The notes under the pieces: model-generated
Seen by the model: the letters and a program-made list of their open reading frames with translations, nothing else
Database searches by the model: none
What the model was told of the DNA's origin: nothing
Assembly (NCBI GenBank): GCA_016794365.1
Contig: JAEUKB010000025.1
Span: 244,693 to 308,692 of the forward strand
DNA: 64,000 bases
Source of the DNA: Myxococcales bacterium
GTDB taxonomy: Bacteria; Myxococcota_A; Polyangia; Palsa-1104; JAEUJZ01
Direction: 5' to 3'
In this document: positions 10,084-19,200 of the stretch, in pieces
How positions within the stretch are numbered: position 1 is the stretch's first letter
Layout of the letters: the number at the start of each line of letters is the position of its first letter
Position numbers and translations under genes: made by a program

Positions 10084-10229
10084 CGCAAGACTGCGCGCGA
10101 AAATGCCGAGGCTCTGCTTATCGGCAGGTGCTGCTTGTCCGCCCAGGTCTGGATTCGCAGCGCATTCCCACAGACTTCCGCAGTGCTGCCAAGAATGATG
10201 ATTTTCCGTCGAGCAGACTGCGATCAGAG

Positions 10230-11099
10230 CTTCAGCCGGTGAACGTCATGGTGGTGACGGATGAATCGAGCGGACAGCAGGATCTGGTCAAGGTGCTCGA
10301 CTTCGGGATTGCCAAGCTCAGCGCCGAATCGACCAGCCAGACCAAGTCGGGCGTGCTGATGGGAACTCCCACCTATATGTCACCAGAGCAGTGCCGGAGC
10401 GGGCGCAATGCGGTGGATCGCAGCGACGTGTATGCGCTTGGTATCATCATGTACGAGATGCTGGCCGGAGCGACTCCGTTTCGGGGTGGACCCGCTGCGC
10501 TGATGATCGCGCATCAGACCCAAGATCCAGCGCCGCTTGCATCGAAAGCTCCGCATGTCTCTGCGGAACTGTGCGCGCTCATCCATCGAATGCTGGCCAA
10601 GAGTCCCGCAGAGCGTCCGACTGCCAGTGAAGTGGTACGGAGTCTGTCTCCGCAAAGTGGACAGATGTCGCAGATCTCGCAGTCGCATCCGCTGATCAGT
10701 AGCAGCATCCAAGCCGTTGCGTTTCAGGATCTTCCGACGGCAATACAGGGAACAAATCCCGCCAGTGCTTCTCTGCTGGGATCGATTCCCAGACAGCGCA
10801 GAGGAACGCTCATCGGAACGGCTGCGGCCTTGGTGCTGATCCTGGGACTTGGTGGACTGTTTGTGCTTCTGACGATGACAGGAAAGGGAAGCGGAGTCTC
10901 TACCTCAGACCTTGGGATGCGCAAAGATGCGGTCATTGTTCCTTCAGATCTTGGGGTTCCTGCTGGATTGTCAAAGCCAGATCCTACAAAGGAAACTGGC
11001 CAGTCCGATCCAGCTCTGCATGGCAAAGCAGAGCGAACCAGCCTCAACAAAGGGAATCGCAGCAAGACTAAGTCGGGACTTCGCCGCTCCACAAAATGA
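10230..11099 (+). pseudogene. C-terminal half (subdomains VIb-XI + TM tail) of the split Ser/Thr kinase
   Basis: LQPVNVMVV, VLDFGIAKL, GTPTYMSPEQ, DVYALGIIMYEML, then TM LIGTAAALVLILGLGGLFVLL. Begins exactly where the 4218 fragment stops. Confidence 0.8.
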
Positions 11100-12021
11100 T
11101 CGTGCGTGCGCTGCGCGGCTGCATTGAAGGACTCGGTCCGCTGTATAGCGGAACGTAGCCCAGGAACTGATTGGGACGCAGCACCATGAAGCTGCGCTGA
11201 TCGCGCAAGATCAGCGATACTTCCAGATACACACCATGACGAGCCAGCAGGGGAAACACCTGCTTGAGCAGGCGCTCGCTGGCTTCCTTGGCCCACGGCG
11301 TTCCGTTTCCGGTCACTGCATCGTCGCTGAGCAGCTTGATCGCAATGGCAGAGACAGGCACAAACGCCACGGCTCCCAGCACAGCACCACTACCAATGGA
11401 CCAGGTTCCCACTTGGATGCCGCGCGTTCGGACAGGACGCTGAAGAGTCGTGCGCGCAATCGAAACTTCCAGCTCGGGATAGAGCTGTGAAAAGACAAAG
11501 TGAACCGTAGACAGACTGCGGATTCCGAGCAAGCTGCGCAGCTGTCCCACGGTCTGGGTGAAGTCAGCAAAGAGGCTGGGATCGCGCTCTGGGAACTGTG
11601 CTTCTACGCTTCCGCGCAGCAGCCGGTGCGCAAAGAAGTTCAGAAAGTCGGTCAGCGTTCCTTCATGCTGCGCATCCAATGCGGCGCGAAAGTAGGAAGG
11701 GAGCAAGCTCTGGGAAGACAGTAGACCCAGGTTGAGCGTGACAATGACTCGTCGCTGCGGGGTCTCGGACCACTCTACTTTGGACACCACCGCAGCCTGA
11801 TGCGTCTGGGTCGCATGACTGCGGAACTCGATCTGATCGCTCTGATAGCCCAGCTCATGCAGTGCATCCAGAAGTGCTCCCAGAGAAAAGCGAACAGCTC
11901 GTTCGCTAATGATGCGTCGCTTGCGATCAAACACTGACTCTGGAACAGGAGCCGCGATTCCTGCTTGGGCGCTGCGTGGTCCTTTGACGATGTCCTTGGG
12001 CGGACGTGGTGGCTGCGGCAT
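11068..12021 (-). CDS. tssG: T6SS baseplate protein TssG (ImpH family)
   Basis: VTLNLGLLSSQSLLPSYFRAALDAQHEGTLTDFLNFFAHRLL matches the TssG core (tvnF.GL.G..g.LP..yte......dg.l.dFld.F.HR). About 317 aa. Confidence 0.7.
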   Translation of the reverse strand: MPQPPRPPKDIVKGPRSAQAGIAAPVPESVFDRKRRIISERAVRFSLGALLDALHELGYQSDQIEFRSHATQTHQAAVVSKVEWSETPQRRVIVTLNLGLLSSQSLLPSYFRAALDAQHEGTLTDFLNFFAHRLLRGSVEAQFPERDPSLFADFTQTVGQLRSLLGIRSLSTVHFVFSQLYPELEVSIARTTLQRPVRTRGIQVGTWSIGSGAVLGAVAFVPVSAIAIKLLSDDAVTGNGTPWAKEASERLLKQVFPLLARHGVYLEVSLILRDQRSFMVLRPNQFLGYVPLYSGPSPSMQPRSARTIILWSGEVPT

Positions 12022-12024
12022 GAC

Positions 12025-13485
12025 TTATCGCTCACTGTCTGCAACAAAGCGATGCACATCGGATCGACACAGGAGCCGCAGCATCTCTGTCTCGAGATCT
12101 TCGCTGGGCTTTAGGTGTGGCTCTAGCTTGCTGCTGTGCTGGATGAGCGCCAGCAGATAGTCAATCAAGAGCGTAGGAAAGTAGCGCGACGGCTCAAACC
12201 CTTGGAGCTTCTTTGCGATGTGCTGTTGCAAGATGGCGGCTCTGCGATAGCGCTGCTTGTTGACCAGCCGCACAAAGCCCGCCAGTTCTGCGAGCAGTAG
12301 CTTCAGCTCTGACCCGAGCGGAATGCTGAGCGTCTCTGCGGCATGACTGGATGGAGCAAGCGCGCTCGGAGCAGCTGCTGGATCCGCTGCCGATGCGGTG
12401 GTCAGCACTTGTGGTACAGGCGATGTACTTGCTTTGTGCGGATCGGCTGCGGATGCATCTACGCTGTCATCATCGCTGTCATCATCGCTGTCATCATCGC
12501 TGTCATCATCATCGCTACGACTTTCCGGTTCGGCTGACTGGTCGCTTCGGCTGTCTTCCGGTTCAGAGTCTTCTTCCTCTTCCTCTTCCTCTTCCTCTTC
12601 CTCATCGCGGGCTGCGTCTTCTTCGTCCGCATCGGTATTGTCTCTTGACTTCGTCTCTGCATCATCGGAGTCCTCGTCCGATTCCTCGTCCGACTTGTCA
12701 TCGTCATCTGAATCGTCATCGGAATCATCATCGGAATCGTCGTCGGAATCGTCATCGGAGTCATCATCTGAATCGTCATCGGAATCATCATCGGAGTCAT
12801 CATCGGAGTCATCATCGGAGTCATCATCGGAGTCATCATCGGAATCATCATCCTTCTTGGGCTCGTCGTCTTCTCCAGGTGGTGGCGGCGGAGCAGGAAT
12901 CTGCGTGGCTCCTTTCAGATCCCAGCCCGCGTTGGCTGCGGGCGCTTGCGCAAGTCCCTGTAGGAGCGATTGAAGGTGGAGCAGCGGCTGCTTGCTGCGT
13001 GAGCCCGGAATGAACTGATCCAGCGTCTCTAACAGCTTGTTGCAGTGCTCCAGAGCTTGCGCTTGCGCGGCATGCTGCCAGTCATGATTCCACTTGGTCC
13101 ACAGCTCATCTTTTTGACGTTCATGAAAGCGAACCTGCGACACGATGCTGTCAAACAGCCAGCGCAGCGAGACATCCAGATGGCGTTCTTTTTTGATCGT
13201 TGGACTCAGGTACGCAAGGTTGTCTGCGATGGCGCGACGAATGCATTCAAACAGCAGACTGAGCGACGCAACACCTCGCTCGACAAACACGCCGAACAGA
13301 TAGCAGCCGATCGTGCGGACATCGTAGATCTGCTGCTGCCAGAGCTTTTGGGCGCGCTCTGCTGCGGGAAGATAGCGATTCTGACTGGTCAGAGACAGGA
13401 TCTCATCCAGCTCGCGATCTTCGATCCCCAACTCGCGCTTTCCCGGCGCTGAGAGGATCTGCTCAAGTGGCTCCGTAACGATCAT
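12025..13485 (-). CDS. TssA-like (ImpA_N-like N-terminus) protein with giant poly-acidic (DDDS)n/(E)n insert
   Basis: The N-terminal EPLEQILSAPGKRELGIEDRELDEI resembles the ImpA_N motif LL.PIS...P.G.DL..D.EF. The central ~130 aa are DSDDDSDDD... and E12. The C-terminus is helical. Tightly linked to tssG. Confidence 0.35.
   Translation of the reverse strand: MIVTEPLEQILSAPGKRELGIEDRELDEILSLTSQNRYLPAAERAQKLWQQQIYDVRTIGCYLFGVFVERGVASLSLLFECIRRAIADNLAYLSPTIKKERHLDVSLRWLFDSIVSQVRFHERQKDELWTKWNHDWQHAAQAQALEHCNKLLETLDQFIPGSRSKQPLLHLQSLLQGLAQAPAANAGWDLKGATQIPAPPPPPGEDDEPKKDDDSDDDSDDDSDDDSDDDSDDDSDDDSDDDSDDDSDDDSDDDSDDDSDDDDKSDEESDEDSDDAETKSRDNTDADEEDAARDEEEEEEEEEEEDSEPEDSRSDQSAEPESRSDDDDSDDDSDDDSDDDSVDASAADPHKASTSPVPQVLTTASAADPAAAPSALAPSSHAAETLSIPLGSELKLLLAELAGFVRLVNKQRYRRAAILQQHIAKKLQGFEPSRYFPTLLIDYLLALIQHSSKLEPHLKPSEDLETEMLRLLCRSDVHRFVADSER
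12440..12850. repeat. 12-bp tandem coding repeats (tcatcatcggag / tcatcatcgctg) plus (ttcctc)n
   Basis: Visible runs of 12-bp units at ~12459-12520 and ~12700-12850 and (ttcctc)n at ~12560-12600. They encode the poly-acidic tract on the minus strand. Confidence 0.8.
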
Positions 13486-13876
13486 GACGGCTCCTTTTCA
13501 GCGTATCTTCACGTAGCGTTGCGTCCTTCTGTCCGGGATCTACTACAGAGATCGTTCCAGCATAGTCACAGCGTAGTGTGGCGCTTTCTTCGACGAGCTT
13601 CTGACCTTGCAAAAGGATTCCTTCTACTTCGTCAGACCATGCATTACCGATCCGAGGCGTACACGGCTTCTGTCCACTCGGGCTCTGTGGGTTCGGATTG
13701 GCTGGCGCTTTGCAGAATCGAAACGGAGGGATGTTCACAAGCGGCAGATGATCATCAATGGTCGCCAGGGATCCATCGCCGCCATGACTGACTCCGCGTC
13801 GCGAGATGCTAAGCCGGACTTCTCCCTGTCCGTACGAACACTGAAGCTTTGCGCCATCACAAACCAACGATGACAT
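13463..13876 (-). CDS. DUF4280 (PAAR-like) protein
   Basis: LVCDGAKLQCSYGQ, NIPPFRFCKAPANPN, PCTP..GNAWS, LRCDYAGTISVVDPGQ. This is the characteristic DUF4280 Cys pattern found with T6SS spikes. Confidence 0.7.
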   Translation of the reverse strand: MSSLVCDGAKLQCSYGQGEVRLSISRRGVSHGGDGSLATIDDHLPLVNIPPFRFCKAPANPNPQSPSGQKPCTPRIGNAWSDEVEGILLQGQKLVEESATLRCDYAGTISVVDPGQKDATLREDTLKRSRHDRYGAT

Positions 13877-13885
13877 CGCGGACTC

Positions 13886-15709
13886 CTACTTCCGAAGGGA
13901 TGCTGCGCGCATCGCGATCAGACCCGCTGGCGTACTGATGCGATGACACGCAAGGATCAGTCGATCAATCAAGTTGAGCGCTGGGTCTTGCGCCCGCTTA
14001 TCCAGCTGTCCTTCTCGATGCTGGCCGGCACACCAGCCGTAGTCGATCGCGCCGTCTTTGGTACGCGGCAGCGCAGCCAGCAGCCGAACGGAGTTGGGCT
14101 CAAAAGACGGTCCCAGGCGCTGACGAATCTGTTCCCGGATCTTGTGCTCTACCTGTATTCGCTTGGTCGCTGTCATACGCCGCATGTGTGGTCCCAAAAA
14201 CACCAGAAAGCTCGCCCTTCCTTTGTCACTCTGTTCGGGAACCAGGACGGCTCCAGCGACGTAGGGAAGCTCTTGGGTGACTGCTTCTACTTCGGTTGCA
14301 CCCAGGCTGTGTCCGCCACTGGAAGGCCAGCGCGTTCCTCCGTACAGATAGCCTCCGTTGTGTTCATAGAGCAGCAGCCCGCAGGCCCCCGGAATCGGTC
14401 GCAGGATTCCGTTTGTACCGCGCGCGGGCTGATCTTCGGCTTGGGGATCGCACAGCGAAAACGGACGACCTGGCGACGGATAGACAAGCTGTGGGGGCGT
14501 ACCCCGCTGCGGCAGAGAGAACAGCAGACAGCCCGCACTTGCTGCATCGTAGTGCCAGCAGCGCACAGGCGTTTTCTCTAGCTCATACTGCGCAGACCAG
14601 TCCTTCCAGTTCAGTGTGTCACTGGCTTCTGTAAAGGCACACAGCCATGATCGCACACCCCGCAGCGGAGCCGCTCTGTGCAAAAGCAGTTGGTCGCGTA
14701 GTAGCGGCTCCACCAGCAGAATATCGACGGGCGGCAGCCGACTTCCCAAAGAGACAAGCTGCGCTGCATCCAGGTGAAGGTAGGTTCCGCCATGCAGCAA
14801 AACCAGTAGAAGGAGTGTCGGCTGATACTGAAGGAGTCGATGCTCTGGCGCGCACACCACGGTGCCAAACTGCGCGGGCTGAATCCCCAGAATCAGTCCA
14901 TCACAGAGCGCACCCAGATAGGCAGAGGACGCATTGACAGCAATGGGAATCCAGCCCGGATCGCGCTGCGGAGAAAACAGCGCAAACAGCGCATCACTGG
15001 CTCCGTAAGGACGCGATCCAAGTGATGTGGTAGCAGGGCTACTTTCCAGCTCTGCGGCGGCTGCCATCGTCTGTTCGGCTTGCTGCGGATGAATGATGAT
15101 CTCTTCGAGCAGTGCATCAGCGAGCGGAACCGCTTGCGGTCCGTACCACTCCTTGAGCAGCGGGTGATAGCGTCGAGCCGTGACAATGTGCTGCGGTCGC
15201 AGTGCGCGCAAGCGATTCGCCAGAAAGTCCGCACCTTGCGGTGGCAGAACCGAGACAACGGCGCCCACACGCAGCGCTGCACACAGCGCCAAAAGCAGCT
15301 CTGGACCCAGGGGATAGATGATGCAGAGGATGTCTCCTGCTTGGACCCCGCGCTTGCGAAAGGAGTCCGCGACAAGCGCTGCTGCGGCATGCAGGTGGCC
15401 ATAGGAAATGGCGCAGAGCGGCTCTGATTCCTTCTGTCCTACAATCGGTCCTTCCGTCGCATACAGCATGGCTGGGCGGCTTCCGTATGGACCCAGTGCG
15501 TGCCGTGCGACTGCATCATGATACAGATCAAAGGCCATCCCAAGCTGGCTCTTGGCTGGCGCTACGCTCAGTCGCGCGGCCTGCTGCATCAGCGCTTCCG
15601 CAAAGGCCGCTGGACTGCGCAGACTCTCTGCCAGCCAAATTCGGTCACGCATGACACCATCGCCAGGCTGCTGTAACTGCAAACGAACTGCATCAAGAGA
15701 GATCATCAT
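13886..15709 (-). CDS. Divergent ANL-superfamily adenylate-forming (AMP-binding) enzyme-like protein
   Basis: The C-terminal subdomain motifs are recognisable: YGGTRW..GGHSLGATEVEAV (Y-G-x-T-E), VLVPEQSDKGRASFLVFL, LPRTKDGAIDYGW (A10-like PKTxSGKI). The N-terminal substrate region LCIIYPLGPELLLALCAALRVGAVVSVLPPQG is present. The P-loop (TSGTTGxPKG) is degenerate. Confidence 0.5.
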   Translation of the reverse strand: MMISLDAVRLQLQQPGDGVMRDRIWLAESLRSPAAFAEALMQQAARLSVAPAKSQLGMAFDLYHDAVARHALGPYGSRPAMLYATEGPIVGQKESEPLCAISYGHLHAAAALVADSFRKRGVQAGDILCIIYPLGPELLLALCAALRVGAVVSVLPPQGADFLANRLRALRPQHIVTARRYHPLLKEWYGPQAVPLADALLEEIIIHPQQAEQTMAAAAELESSPATTSLGSRPYGASDALFALFSPQRDPGWIPIAVNASSAYLGALCDGLILGIQPAQFGTVVCAPEHRLLQYQPTLLLLVLLHGGTYLHLDAAQLVSLGSRLPPVDILLVEPLLRDQLLLHRAAPLRGVRSWLCAFTEASDTLNWKDWSAQYELEKTPVRCWHYDAASAGCLLFSLPQRGTPPQLVYPSPGRPFSLCDPQAEDQPARGTNGILRPIPGACGLLLYEHNGGYLYGGTRWPSSGGHSLGATEVEAVTQELPYVAGAVLVPEQSDKGRASFLVFLGPHMRRMTATKRIQVEHKIREQIRQRLGPSFEPNSVRLLAALPRTKDGAIDYGWCAGQHREGQLDKRAQDPALNLIDRLILACHRISTPAGLIAMRAASLRK

Positions 15710-15766
15710 GACAGAGCTTCCTTGTTGGCTTGTTGGCGCGATGCACAGAGGCTCCGCTTCTTTGTG

Positions 15767-16198
15767 CTACAGCAGCCTGCGACACTCCCGTACTTCGCTG
15801 GCGCGGACTCCACTGCGGCCAAGGGGAATCGTTATTCTCCACGGCAGAAGTGGTGCGACCAGCATCTTCCAGCTTGCCGCAGGTGTGGTGTACAGAAAGT
15901 ACAGACCCAGCGGCTTTTCTTTGTCGTGCTTGATCCAAACGCTGCGATATCGACCGGCCTGTGGATCGATGATGACTGAACGCAAAACAGTTGCATCTGG
16001 CGTCACCACCAGCGCGGACACAGAGGCGTGAGACTCACTGCGCTGCTGCTGCTCATCAACCGAGCGAACCAGCACGCGCAGCGGTCTTCCTTCATTGGTG
16101 CTTGGATCAGACAGCAGCGTCAGTTTGACATAGCCGGGATAGCAGCCGCCAAGGATCAGCACAGCCAAGCCGAACAGCCGTAGCCCAATAAGAGGCAT
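15767..16198 (-). CDS. tssJ: T6SS outer-membrane lipoprotein TssJ-like
   Basis: About 143 aa. Signal plus lipobox LAVLILGGC, then the beta-rich region YPGYVKLTLLSDPSTNEGRPLRVLVRSVDEQQ typical of TssJ/SciN. Start placed at MPLIGLRL to avoid overlap with tssM. Confidence 0.55.
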   Translation of the reverse strand: MPLIGLRLFGLAVLILGGCYPGYVKLTLLSDPSTNEGRPLRVLVRSVDEQQQRSESHASVSALVVTPDATVLRSVIIDPQAGRYRSVWIKHDKEKPLGLYFLYTTPAASWKMLVAPLLPWRITIPLGRSGVRASEVRECRRLL

Positions 16199-16211
16199 AG
16201 AAAAAGACTCT

Positions 16212-19200
16212 TTATTGCGCATGTTCGCCAAACAGCTCCCAAGGATCAGGTGTGATCGCAAAGCGAATGATCTGTGTCTCATCCGGGCCATCGCCAATGA
16301 TGCGCCAGGTGCTGACTCCTGTGCCATCCAGCGTCGAGCGCTGAAGCAAGCGATACAGGCTCCAGGCAGAGTCCGTGACCTCTAGTGTTTGGGTGTGCTT
16401 GCGTCCGGTCTTGGCCACTGTGCGCTCCACCCCGATGACCGCCGCGCCTTGTGCCCACCACTCTACTTGCAGCGTGGTTGCGCTGCTCTGCTGGTTGAAA
16501 CCATAGGCGCTGGCTTTGCCAATCTGCAAGTAGGCCAGTGCGGACTGGGCCGTGCTTCCGCTGCTTGACTGGGGACCAGGCAGACCGCGAATCGCCAGCT
16601 GGAGCGGCTGCCGATTCCCATCCGCAGAAAACAGTGCGCGCGACAGCTTGGCCAGCTTGTTCATCGTCGGAAGCATGTCTTTGGGAAGCCGCAGAGTGCC
16701 CAGCGCTCCGCTCTTTGCAACGTATGATTCCCCGCGCTCTGTTACGGCCACTGCATACAAGCTGCGGAGATCTGCAAACAGGGGTCCTCTGCGCTCGCTG
16801 AGCACATCCAGATCGCTCGGTGCAACCTCACGCTCCGCACCGCGCTGAAACGGAAAGCGACTCATCAGCGGAGTGATCTGCGGCTGCATCACCTCTTTCC
16901 AGTGCTGCGCAAACACCTGCTCGATCTCGGTAGAGCCAAGCTGATGAACCGCTAAAAACGGCGCGAGGAACGGTCGCCGCAGCGGACCCGCAATGCCTGC
17001 GCGATCGAGGAACTGCTCTGCTTTGGCCAGGCTCGACTCTTCGCTTCCTTCATGCATCGCGAGCGCACTGCGGGCCAGCGCAGAGAGCTTGCTAGTCAGC
17101 ACGGCAGACTTGTCTTGCGTCGCAGCGGACTTGTCTGCTCTGTCCCCCTTGTCGCTTCCTGAACTCGACTTGTCTGTGGATGCTGTGGGCGCACGATCCA
17201 GATCTGCGATCAGCTTGGCCACCGCTTCATGAAAGGTCGCAAGTCCTTCGACCTTGCTCGATGCAGTGTCACTTGTCGGACGCGTTCCTTGCGCTGCATC
17301 TGGCTGTCCTGCCGCTTTGGGATCGCTCTTGGCTGCGGGGGCCTGACTCTTGGGAGTCATCAGCTCCACGATCGGACGGAAGTCCGCAATGCAGGTCGCA
17401 AGCGGTCGCAGGTAGGGTTCCTCTAGTCCTTGGAGCGTGACGTTATCGACCAGCGTTTTGAGGCGCGCCACAAAGCGCGATCCTGGCTTGATGATGTCCA
17501 CCAGCTCGGAGTGAAGCTGCGACGGAGATACGGCGCTGATGCGATATCCCAAGTGATACTCCAGCAGCGCTGCACAGTAGCCTTGGGAATAGCGCGCCAG
17601 CTCCTTTTGCACGGCCCGCGACAAAGAGATCCGCTCTTCTGCACTGAGGTTGCGATGTCCTCCCAGCGCCTTCTTCAGCTCGGTCACCAGCGGCAAGACC
17701 TCGCGATGATAGACCACGCGGTTGTAAACATCCGATAGACCCACAGCAGGCAGCTCATCGCCGGTTAGGAGTGCCGCGAGCTTGGGCGTAAACTCCTCCT
17801 GGCTCCACAGCGGCAGCGCAGTCGGTCGATCGATCAGCTTTTTGGCAGAGCCGCTGGAAGCCGGGCTGCGTGCTGTCACTTTGCAAGGCGGAAGCAGTCC
17901 GCGCTTTTTGCCAAGCTTGCTACATCGCTTGGTACGCACTGGTCCTTCGGTGGGATGCGGTGCAGACTCATCCATCGAAAACGTCCGCTTGCGACTGCGT
18001 GTAAGCAGCTCTTCCCAGTCTCTGCGGCTGATGTCGATGGCGCTTCCTTCCGCAGGAAACAGAAAGCGATAGGAATCCGAAAGCAAGTGCTCGGAAGACT
18101 TTTTTGCCGACGCTGATTCACTGGTTTCATTGAGCCAGCGCAGCAGCTGATACAGGCTCTTGGTTCCGGCTTGTTCGGTGGTGATGTTGGAATCGCTGAC
18201 CATGCGCAGCAGGCGCTCCATCGGATCTTTTTGATCGAGCAGCCATGGATCAGGGGTTAGGATTCCTACCTCTTGACCGAACAGCTTGAGCATGTCGAGC
18301 GGAGACTCTTCCGCGAGGTTGCGATACCACTGGCGAAGCTGCGCGGCTCGACGCAAAGCCAGCATTCCTTCGATCAGACCGGCACTCCGCTGCTGAAGCG
18401 CAGAAAGCTCTGCTCGGGTGATGTAGGGACGTGCGATCGCATTGTGAACATCGTAAATGAACGCCTTCCACGGACTTAGATCACTGAGCGAATAGCGCAG
18501 GCTCTCTGGTGGAAAAGGAGGCAACGTAGCGATGGCAACCTCTGTCCACGGATCCGTACTGTACTGAATGTAGTCCAGCAGTGTATCGCGTGGGACATTC
18601 AAGTCCGTGGACCAGTCGGTTGCCGATGCCTTGATGAGCGATCCCAGCGTGTTGTCCTTGGTTGCGTACAGCGCCACGAGTGCTCCCAGGATCTTGTCGC
18701 GCGCACGCTGTCGAATCGCTCGCTCCAAGCTGGGCAACAGATAGCCCTTGCGGATCGACTCAATAAAGAGTCTTTCAGAATGCTTCTTATCGGTTCGATA
18801 GATCAGATGAAACGGACGGAAGCGCTGCTCTGCTTCACTGGTGGCAAGCAGCGACTGACTGGCGCTGCGCTCGGCTCTGCGGACGACATCCGATTCACCA
18901 CTGTTGTGCGCAGTCTGAGCGCGAACCACGGCCTGATCAAACGTCAGGTTGGCTTCGCTGGCGGCTTCAACGACCACATGATGGCGACGGGTGACATAGG
19001 TCAGTCCGAACAGTCCCAGACACAGCATCAGCAGCGCCAGCATCGCGTGTACAGGACGAATCCCAAAGGGACGAAGCCAGCGAGCCAGCCGCGATCCCAG
19101 CGCAGTGCTTCTTACTTGGGGCGGGGGCGTAAAGGGGTTGCTGATCTGTTCATCCGCAGCCAGCGATGCAAAGTAGATCCCCTGCACTTCAGGACGAAGG

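Larger units (their letters stand above)
4636..10229. other. ~5.6-kb accessory segment interrupting the kinase gene; boundaries approximate
   Basis: Lies between the two kinase halves. Related short repeats occur at both ends (GACTTTCCGTCG 4638-4649; GATTTTCCGTCG 10200-10211) and in the middle (TATTCCGTCGAG 7615-7626, next to an HRDLKPV remnant at 7581-7606). No transposase or integrase is visible. Confidence 0.5.

Noticed and set aside
12351-13013. His/Arg/Pro-rich ORFs (12351..13013 +, 12398..12973 +, 12459..12851 -) overlapping the TssA-like gene
   Set aside because: They are alternative-frame or antisense readings of the 12-bp acidic tandem repeats. Their low-complexity composition mirrors the repeats, and the sense-strand TssA-like ORF has the coherent flanking domains.
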